This document shows positions 10,637-17,905 of a DNA stretch of 64,000 nt, one piece after another (positions within the stretch are counted from its first letter, which is position 1; every line of letters starts with the position of its first letter). Below the pieces are notes generated by a model that saw only the letters and a program-made list of their open reading frames with translations, was not told where the DNA came from and did no database searches. The position numbers were made by a program, and so were the translations under genes. Location: NCBI GenBank assembly GCA_020637435.1, contig JACJVW010000001.1, positions 150,237 through 214,236 of the forward strand, given 5' to 3'. Source of the stretch: Candidatus Woesearchaeota archaeon (GTDB lineage: Archaea > Nanobdellota > Nanobdellia > Woesearchaeales > JACJVW01).

Positions 10637-11334
10637 TCCCAGACTATAGGCCTATCAAACGTTACCTTGTGATTTGACCTACTGAGTTTGCCGCGCTTAT
10701 ACTCATAGATAATAGGCTTGCCCGTAGGCAGTTCAAGCTGAGGGATTTCTGAGTCTGAGATTTGGTCAATATACTTAATGATTGCTCGCAGACTATTGCC
10801 GTGTGCGCTGATAACCACATTTTTTTTCCCTTCGATGACGGGCATGATGATCTTTTTAAAATACGGAACACTTCGTAAGTACGTATCCTTTAACGACTCC
10901 CCATTTGGCGGAGGCACATCATAGCTGCGCCGCCAAAGATGCACTTGCTCCTCACCGAATCTCTTTCTTGCCCAGGCCTTGTTCAATCCCTGCAGATCAC
11001 CGTAATAACGCTCATTGAGCGCATCATCTGAATAAATAGGTATCTCGTTCTTCGACATCTTCTGGTCATGATGGGACCACTCCTTGCGCCGTTTGCTATC
11101 ATGCTGGAAGATACCTGTATATTCCTGTTTAGCTAGAATAAGTAAAAGCGTCTCCTGCGCTCGCTCAAGCTTAGAAGTGAACGCAACATCCAACCTTAGA
11201 CCTGCCAGGTGTTTTCCAGCAAGCAGCGCCTCTTTGATGCCCCTGGGACTGAGAGGTACATCAACCCAACCGGTAAAACGGTTCTCCAGATTCCACCTCG
11301 ACTCTCCATGCCGTATAAGGATCACATAGCTCAT
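10633..11334 (-). CDS. gpmA: 2,3-bisphosphoglycerate-dependent phosphoglycerate mutase
   Basis: Contains LIRHGESRWNLENRFTGWVDVPLS and SAHGNSLRA histidine-phosphatase motifs. I trimmed the start to MSYVIL (ATG 11334). Confidence 0.9.
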   Translation of the reverse strand: MSYVILIRHGESRWNLENRFTGWVDVPLSPRGIKEALLAGKHLAGLRLDVAFTSKLERAQETLLLILAKQEYTGIFQHDSKRRKEWSHHDQKMSKNEIPIYSDDALNERYYGDLQGLNKAWARKRFGEEQVHLWRRSYDVPPPNGESLKDTYLRSVPYFKKIIMPVIEGKKNVVISAHGNSLRAIIKYIDQISDSEIPQLELPTGKPIIYEYKRGKLSRSNHKVTFDRPIVWD

Positions 11335-11419
11335 AGTCCTTCTAAGCATTCTTGTACCATAAAAATGTATCGTATCTGAAGAGTATGTCTTATTAATGAT
11401 AAACACCTTATGCAGAGGC

Positions 11420-11998
11420 ATGGACAAACAAGGACTGCTGGCACACTTGTTAGCTGAAGGTTTTGATGAGAGTCTTATAGCGGCATTCGCCAAAGTTGAC
11501 CGTAGTCAGTTCGTACGAAGTGAATACCTCAAGATGGCTTACGAAGACATGGCATTGCCTGTCTCTGAGTATACGACTATCTCACAACCCTACACGATAG
11601 CGTTCATGCTAAGGCTTCTTGAAATAAAAGAAGGATCACGGATACTCGAGATAGGCGCTGGCACTGGATATGTGATGGCGCTGATGGCACAGCTTGCTCC
11701 AAAAGGCGAGCTGATAGGTCTGGAGATAGATGAGGGTCTTGCAAGAGGAGCATCTGAACGCCTGCAGAAATATCCAAAGATTAAGATACTGCATGGTGAT
11801 GGAAAACTTGGCCTGCCCAAACTGGCTCCGTTTGACCGTATCCTCATAAGCGCTGCATGCAATACCGTACCGATTCATCTCAAGCACCAGCTGACCGCCA
11901 ATGGGATCCTGGTAGCGCCTGTAGGTCACAGCATATTTCAATACAGGGAAGAGAAATTGAGAGAATTTCCGGGATTCAGTTTCATTCCGTTAAGATGA
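11420..11998 (+). CDS. pcm: protein-L-isoaspartate O-methyltransferase
   Basis: The N-terminal region reads VDRSQFV..., followed by TISQPYTIAFML. The SAM-binding motif ILEIGAGTGY is present. Confidence 0.85.
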   Translation: MDKQGLLAHLLAEGFDESLIAAFAKVDRSQFVRSEYLKMAYEDMALPVSEYTTISQPYTIAFMLRLLEIKEGSRILEIGAGTGYVMALMAQLAPKGELIGLEIDEGLARGASERLQKYPKIKILHGDGKLGLPKLAPFDRILISAACNTVPIHLKHQLTANGILVAPVGHSIFQYREEKLREFPGFSFIPLR

Positions 11999-12764
11999 GT
12001 TCATGCACCTGATGTTTGAAGCGTCGGGTATCCACCATCTCCATCACATCATCGAAGCGGTGGAAATCGAATATCGATACATCATCAGTCTGCACGTTTA
12101 CCATCAGGTCTGGAACATACCTTTTGACCCGTTCTGATATAAGTGATTGTTGAAGTATGATGTAAGATGAAGACAAGACATCAAAAATACCGGGTTTTCC
12201 TTTGTATTTAGAGAACGTTGCTTCTCCTATAGGGTCTATAGCGATAACCTTGTCAACCTTCCCTGCAAGTGCGTCGAAAGGGACCGGATCAACGATACAT
12301 CCATCGATATAATACCTACCCTTATCTTCCACCGGTTCAAAAACGCCTGGCATTGCGATGCTTTTTTGCACCGCATCGACAATCTTTCCGGATGAAATGA
12401 TAACCTGGCGATGAGCATGAAAATCGGTCGCCACCACCTGCAAAGGTATCTTAAGCGAAGAGAATTGTTTGACCGGCATATTCTGCTCAAGCAGACGCAT
12501 GACCTTCCTACCTTCGATGATACCGCTTTTTGTATGAAATGTGATATCCAAAAGGTCGATAAAATTCTTAAGCTTAAGATTATGGAATTTCTTACGAATC
12601 GATCTTGCGGACATCCCCCCTGCATACAGCGCACCGATCAAAGCACCCATGCTCGTTCCGGCTATGACATCGGGCCGGACACCAAGCTCGTCAAGCGCTT
12701 CAAGATATCGTACATGGGCATAAGCTTTTGCGCCGCCGCCACCAAGGATAAGTCCTACCTTCAT
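11982..12764 (-). CDS. patatin-like phospholipase
   Basis: An oxyanion GGGGAKA motif, the nucleophile elbow GTSMG and a catalytic Asp in IDGC are present. Confidence 0.85.
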   Translation of the reverse strand: MKVGLILGGGGAKAYAHVRYLEALDELGVRPDVIAGTSMGALIGALYAGGMSARSIRKKFHNLKLKNFIDLLDITFHTKSGIIEGRKVMRLLEQNMPVKQFSSLKIPLQVVATDFHAHRQVIISSGKIVDAVQKSIAMPGVFEPVEDKGRYYIDGCIVDPVPFDALAGKVDKVIAIDPIGEATFSKYKGKPGIFDVLSSSYIILQQSLISERVKRYVPDLMVNVQTDDVSIFDFHRFDDVMEMVDTRRFKHQVHELILTE

Positions 12765-13195
12765 GGTGTCATTTCCTTCCTCAGTATGACGCTTGCCCCT
12801 ATCTCTTTTATCTCACTGACCGGGATATGATAAAGAACCTTGCTGAATGCTTTCTTATGCAAAGGTATCACAGTCAGCTGAGTGATGACCGAATCTTCAA
12901 GCACAACATCCTTGACATGTCCTATCTCAGTACCGTCGACCGCTATCACACGCATATTGCGGAATCGTTCAGCAGGCACCTTATTGAGCAGAACAGCATC
13001 GACGCCGAAATGATGGATATAATCGATACCCACAAACAAGTCTGGTTTTAGAAAACCAAGATCTACTGTGATTCCGGTTATCTGTTTGCTTCTGGTATCG
13101 ATATGCAGCTTGACGACGACACCAAGAACAGCTCCATGTGGATCGACTGCCTCTTTTCCGACGATATCGTCTGCAGTGATAATTGCTTCTTTCAT
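12761..13195 (-). CDS. PRC-barrel domain protein (two PRC-like modules)
   Basis: Contains ADDIVGKEAVDPHGAVLGVVVKLHID and VIAVDGTEIGHVKDVVLED. It overlaps both neighbouring genes by 4 nt. Confidence 0.6.
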   Translation of the reverse strand: MKEAIITADDIVGKEAVDPHGAVLGVVVKLHIDTRSKQITGITVDLGFLKPDLFVGIDYIHHFGVDAVLLNKVPAERFRNMRVIAVDGTEIGHVKDVVLEDSVITQLTVIPLHKKAFSKVLYHIPVSEIKEIGASVILRKEMTP

Positions 13196-13644
13196 GGATA
13201 CGCCTTACTCAGAATGATATTCTCCTTACAGATGGATATATGAGACCGGGGAATCTTCTTCACTTTGCTGATGATGTTCTTTCTCACCAGCAGCGAACCA
13301 AAACTATTGTCAGCCGTCCCCTTCTCAAGACCGACAACCTTACCGAGTTTACGTCCCTCAACATCGAAAACCTGCTTTCCTATGATAAACAGGATGGGAT
13401 CGATGCTCAGCATGATAGCGTCATCTGTATCCGAGCTGAAGTACTCCTTGTCGACAAAGATCCTGTATCTTCCGGATACGATGACACCGGCCAACGCATT
13501 GTGCTTGAACACCAGATCATTGACCTTTCCGACAAAGAGTCCTGAAGTGCTGAAGACTTTCCTCCCAAGATACTTCCTTGCGGTAGGCAGACCATCCAGA
13601 TTCTCGAACTTGGTCGAGAGCACCGCTATCTTTCGACTAAACAT
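13192..13644 (-). CDS. PRC-barrel domain protein (two PRC-like modules)
   Basis: Contains YLGRKVFSTSGLFVGKVNDLVF and IIGKQVFDVEGRKLGKVVGLE. Confidence 0.55.
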   Translation of the reverse strand: MFSRKIAVLSTKFENLDGLPTARKYLGRKVFSTSGLFVGKVNDLVFKHNALAGVIVSGRYRIFVDKEYFSSDTDDAIMLSIDPILFIIGKQVFDVEGRKLGKVVGLEKGTADNSFGSLLVRKNIISKVKKIPRSHISICKENIILSKAYP

Positions 13645-13847
13645 AGTAGTATTTTGTGTACTTGAAGTTTATAAAAGTAATTGACAATCATCCGTGTGAA
13701 GTCCTCATCTAAAATATACAGACTGACTTATTGACAAACCCTGGAGTCTTGCTGTACTTACTCTCATCAACCTGATTTTTGGATCGTCAAAACCCGTATG
13801 TTCGACCAAAAACCGTATGAAAAAGAAGGTCTTCCGATGTAGGAGAA

Positions 13848-14471
13848 TCAGATTAAGCTGGCGCCAAACATGAAGAAAAGTACGATTGCAGTGTACTTGA
13901 CCCCTTGGCCAAGCAGGAAAAATGTATAGAACCTTGGTCGATTGTACTTAAAAACACCAAGCATCGCGCTTAGCGGCTGTGAGGGAAGCGGAAGCACATT
14001 AAAGACAAAGATGGCAAGTCCTCCATGCTTATTTATGACACCTTTTATCTTGTAGAATTGCTGAGGACCTATAATCTTCTTTGATATGCCCCCAAGCCGC
14101 ATGCCTATCAGATAATTCACCGAATACGCAACCGTCATCCCAAGCAGGTACATAGAGATAAGCACAGCAGGATGGTGGCCTGCATCGAAAAAAGTGATGA
14201 AAAGCAGTTCCATTGACATGATGACGAAAAACAAGCCGCCAAACATAGCGGCATAGAAGAGGCCGAGCTGAGTGCTTGCGGTGATCTCACCTATGATATG
14301 CCCGAAGAACATATTGATAGCAAGGATGATAGGACTCTCGGAATGCCGCAAGAACATAGCATAATATGTCACAAGTAATGCAAGGACAGTAACCACGATG
14401 ATAAGCATGACAGAGAACGTCCGCTTGCTCTTCTGATTGTAGGTGAACATAGCATCCGGTGCGTATTCCAT
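13848..14471 (-). CDS. DedA/YqaA-like membrane protein
   Basis: A polytopic protein with a NVLPLPSQPLSAMLGVF segment. It is the third member of this type within 8 kb. Confidence 0.45.
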   Translation of the reverse strand: MEYAPDAMFTYNQKSKRTFSVMLIIVVTVLALLVTYYAMFLRHSESPIILAINMFFGHIIGEITASTQLGLFYAAMFGGLFFVIMSMELLFITFFDAGHHPAVLISMYLLGMTVAYSVNYLIGMRLGGISKKIIGPQQFYKIKGVINKHGGLAIFVFNVLPLPSQPLSAMLGVFKYNRPRFYTFFLLGQGVKYTAIVLFFMFGASLI

Positions 14472-14516
14472 ATCCCCATAAGAAGGAACAGATTATTTAA
14501 TCCTTTGGACAAAAGA

Positions 14517-15464
14517 TTAGTTCTCATACGGAATCCGTAAAGACCAATTCTTAGAAATCCTGTTCAGTGAAACAATCTCAGGATTGACCGCAGCTAAGTT
14601 TTTGAGGGGTACATCATACTTTCGGGACAGACCATAGCCGGTATCGCCTGTAGCAACCGTATGCCGGGGAAGACCTGCAAAATAGTCCTTTGTACTTGGA
14701 TGTTGCTCAATAGTAAATCCATACTTCTCGGGATTATCATAAATTTCCTTAAATGCCAGAATCTTAAGGATATGATTTTTAGTCTCACTTGGAAGTTTTG
14801 CAAACTTTTCTTCATCACTTTTGCCATGGTGACGCTTCAGCATCCGGTCTGTACTCCCTTCACCCCAATTGTAACCTGCATTGATCAAGTAACTAGGACC
14901 TTCCTTATACTTCTCAGCAAGGTGAGTGACAAGAGCCGTACAAGCCGGGACTGCCTTGACAGGATTTCGTCGTTCGTCAATAGTATCGTTGACTGTCAAA
15001 CCCCACATCTTTGCTGTACCAGGCATGAATTGGCAGCTGCCAACCGCTCCCTTCTTGGAAGTTGTTGTATGGTCTCCACCATGACTCTCCCATGCAACAA
15101 GTGCCCTCATGTAGTTCATATCTACTGAAGCTTCATCGATCAGATCATCATATGCAGTAACCTGGGATAGCCAGCGTTGATATGTCTTCCGCTCCCAAGG
15201 ATTCCAACTAGCTATCTCTCTATCGACATCATCCTTTAGAAAGCTATCGATGTCATAGCTGGGCTGAGAGAATGATGAAATAAGCGTATCAATACTATCT
15301 CTGGTCGAAGGAGCAGCAGGTTTGACACTTGCATGTACTGAGCTGGCATGGTGTGTTCCTGAAGGCGGTGCTTGATATGTCCTCTGACTGACATAATCAG
15401 GGAGGTATGAAGCTCCCAGGATTACCATTGCGCCTAGAGCATTGAGCGGTCGTTCAAGTTTCAT
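14517..15464 (-). CDS. secreted/anchored lytic transglycosylase (SLT domain) with C-terminal LysM
   Basis: It has an N-terminal hydrophobic anchor. The SLT motifs are WES (catalytic Glu-Ser), GAVGSCQFMPGTA and AGYNWG. The C-terminal LysM reads HTVATGDTGYGLSRKYDVPLKNLAAVNP...LRIP. Confidence 0.75.
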   Translation of the reverse strand: MKLERPLNALGAMVILGASYLPDYVSQRTYQAPPSGTHHASSVHASVKPAAPSTRDSIDTLISSFSQPSYDIDSFLKDDVDREIASWNPWERKTYQRWLSQVTAYDDLIDEASVDMNYMRALVAWESHGGDHTTTSKKGAVGSCQFMPGTAKMWGLTVNDTIDERRNPVKAVPACTALVTHLAEKYKEGPSYLINAGYNWGEGSTDRMLKRHHGKSDEEKFAKLPSETKNHILKILAFKEIYDNPEKYGFTIEQHPSTKDYFAGLPRHTVATGDTGYGLSRKYDVPLKNLAAVNPEIVSLNRISKNWSLRIPYEN

Positions 15465-15528
15465 CAGAAGCAGCGAAAAAGAAATTGTTTATAAGCCTTT
15501 CGGTAAGTTGTTACTAAAGAGTAGTGAA

Positions 15529-16872
15529 TTATGCCTGTTGTTGATGACTTCGGATATACTCTTCCAGCGCAGAGATCATCGCAGTGCGTGAACCGGCTGC
15601 AGAAAGTTTTGATGAAAGCCATTCATTGTGGAACGTGTGGAAGATCCAGGCGGAGAAATCATTCTTGTAATGAGTCACATATTCCTGCATGGACTCATCA
15701 GAATTCTCTTTGAAGAACACGAGCAGCTGGCTAAGACTATTGATAGTCTGCCCGCTCTTAAGCTTGAAGTGAAGGTGTTCAGGTAGCACTTTCGTTTGAG
15801 CTACGGGTGGTTGACCATTAGGTACAGTCTGCGCTGAAGGAACACCTGGTGGTTGCTGCGAAACAGATCCCTGCAAGCTGGGCTGGACCATTACCGGCGA
15901 TGGAGCCGCTTGTTGAGGAGGGTATTGGTGTACAACTTGTTGCTGTGGCTGTTGCATAGCTTGTGGTGGAGCTTGCTGCATAGTTTGCTGTGGTTGCTGC
16001 TGCATAGCTTGTGGTGGAGCTTGCTGCATAGCCGAAGCATGCAGTGCCTCCTTCTCCTTCTTTAGCTTCTCGAACATGGCAGCGGCAGGCCCATGTTGCG
16101 CAGTCGCTGGATGTTGCTGCTCAACAGGTGCTTCCCCATGAGCGGATTGAACAGAACCCATGATATGACGGTCTGCAGTCTGATCCATCTCCAGATCCTC
16201 TTCAGAACGATCAAGGAACGGATTGAATTTGTTGGTCACCAGCTCATAGAGCGCTACAAACTTATCCATATTCTTCTCAAGTTCTTTTAGCTCAAGATAA
16301 TGCTTCTCCATGGTCTTCTGTAGCTTCTCACGGTCAGCGATCTCATCCTTGACCATCTTTTCCGTATCGTTGATACGGCTGTTCAGGTTATTGTCTATCT
16401 CGATGAGTTCCTTGACCTGTTGGATGACCATATTGATAAGCCGGGCATCGTCATAGCTCTCCTTAATCTCGCTGAGATATTGATTGATAGCGCTTTTCGA
16501 GATTGGTTTAGCACTCTCAACTGCTTCTTCCTGCTTCTCCAGCAGCACCCTCTCCAGAACGTCATCAGATTGGTCAGGAACCGCTCCACCGGAAGGGATA
16601 GTAGAAACAGTCTCTCTATCACCCTCTACTTCGACAACATTGACCTGCGGTGGTGCAGAAGGCGCCTGCTGCGAAGCTTGCGGTATTGGTGAAGAAGCCT
16701 GTTGTGAGGGCATCTGCTGAGATGCATAAGGTTGTGCCTGCGGGGGTTGTACTCCTTGAGCTTGTTGCGGCTGAGCCGATGCTCCACCCTCTAATGAAGA
16801 AAAACGTTGCTTTAGATCCTCGATATTAGGAGCACTCTCTTTTTTCTTGAATAGACCCACTTTTCCCCCCAA
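15529..16872 (-). CDS. Q/P-rich low-complexity protein with central FlaC_arch-like coiled coil
   Basis: The sequence FVALYELVTNKFNPFLD (nt 16201-16260) matches the YE.VsN..NPF hallmark of archaeal flagella accessory FlaC/D/E. It is flanked by QQAPPQAMQQ-type repeats, including a 30-nt DNA repeat at 15954-15983 and 16002-16031. Confidence 0.6.
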   Translation of the reverse strand: MGGKVGLFKKKESAPNIEDLKQRFSSLEGGASAQPQQAQGVQPPQAQPYASQQMPSQQASSPIPQASQQAPSAPPQVNVVEVEGDRETVSTIPSGGAVPDQSDDVLERVLLEKQEEAVESAKPISKSAINQYLSEIKESYDDARLINMVIQQVKELIEIDNNLNSRINDTEKMVKDEIADREKLQKTMEKHYLELKELEKNMDKFVALYELVTNKFNPFLDRSEEDLEMDQTADRHIMGSVQSAHGEAPVEQQHPATAQHGPAAAMFEKLKKEKEALHASAMQQAPPQAMQQQPQQTMQQAPPQAMQQPQQQVVHQYPPQQAAPSPVMVQPSLQGSVSQQPPGVPSAQTVPNGQPPVAQTKVLPEHLHFKLKSGQTINSLSQLLVFFKENSDESMQEYVTHYKNDFSAWIFHTFHNEWLSSKLSAAGSRTAMISALEEYIRSHQQQA

Positions 16873-16881
16873 AGGAATAAT

Positions 16882-17823
16882 TTAGTCAAGAGGCCAGATC
16901 CTGGTCTTGACATAGGTCACGACATCTGGCGCACGAGCACGTGCTTCCACAAGCCTGCCTTTCTCGGAAGACATGATGAACATAACATCCTCTCCTGTCT
17001 GAAGAGCATGATTGCTACGTGTCTTGATAAGCAGTTTCACTTTCTCCCGTGAATCAAGGATATAGTCGGAATTACCGATGACAACATCCATACAATAATA
17101 ATCCTCAGGCGGCAGGAAGTCGAATGAACACTCGCTTGCCACTCGTCGTATGACGACGATATCGCCATCGAACTCATTAACATTCGACCCAAGGCCGCTT
17201 ATCTCGATAGAACCATAAATGTCTTCACCTACAGTGATCGGTGTCTCCTCGACATCGATAGCCCCACCGCCAGTGACTGCTGTACCAAGCGAGATATTCT
17301 CCGAGATACCTTCGCTCGAAAGATTGAATACGACTACATCGACGACAGCGCCATCCATTATCATCATATAATCATCAGTGCCGTCTTCATCGAGATCCGC
17401 ACCGATGCTGACCTGCGAAGTAGTGAAGGTAGAGGCATTCACATCTATGTAATTATCATCACCGGGATAGTACAATTGCGCTGCACTATGCACCCGGTTG
17501 GACAAGAGTTCCACATCGAACCTCCTCATCTGCAAAGGGTCCGAACCTGGACTAAGCCTCATGAGGATTTCAAAGTTATTGAACTGCTCTGTAGTATAAT
17601 TTGAATCAGCCATGATGGAGAAAATATCTACTCCGTCCGTGATGGTCTTTCTAGCTTCCTGACCTACGAGCAAAGACCTTTGCTGAAGAACATTAGATGT
17701 AGAGATGAGTACTGCAGCCGCTACCGCCGCAACAAGGATGGTAGCGATGAAGATGATCAGGGTACCGATACCCATGATACCTCTTTTTTGGGGTTTAGCC
17801 CTACGGAATATCGAATAAGTCAT
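16882..17823 (-). CDS. archaellin/type IV pilin-like protein (class III signal peptide)
   Basis: KRGIMGIGTLIIFIATILVAAVAAAVLISTSNVLQQRS matches the archaeal flagellin N-terminal domain. The start ATG 17823 has TTTAAATA upstream on the minus strand (17852-17859). Confidence 0.75.
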   Translation of the reverse strand: MTYSIFRRAKPQKRGIMGIGTLIIFIATILVAAVAAAVLISTSNVLQQRSLLVGQEARKTITDGVDIFSIMADSNYTTEQFNNFEILMRLSPGSDPLQMRRFDVELLSNRVHSAAQLYYPGDDNYIDVNASTFTTSQVSIGADLDEDGTDDYMMIMDGAVVDVVVFNLSSEGISENISLGTAVTGGGAIDVEETPITVGEDIYGSIEISGLGSNVNEFDGDIVVIRRVASECSFDFLPPEDYYCMDVVIGNSDYILDSREKVKLLIKTRSNHALQTGEDVMFIMSSEKGRLVEARARAPDVVTYVKTRIWPLD

Positions 17824-17905
17824 TATCCTTTTATAACCCGGGGTTTGTTCATATTTAAATGTTTCGTTTCCATTGCACTGGCTGTAAGCATCATTTCTAG
17901 CGCTA

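Noticed and set aside
15853-16720. Plus-strand track ORFs inside the Q/P-rich gene (for example 15853-16065, rich in L/W/S repeats).
   Set aside because: They are mirror images of the CAG/CAA-rich repeat on the coding strand. The FlaC-type motif supports the minus-strand frame.
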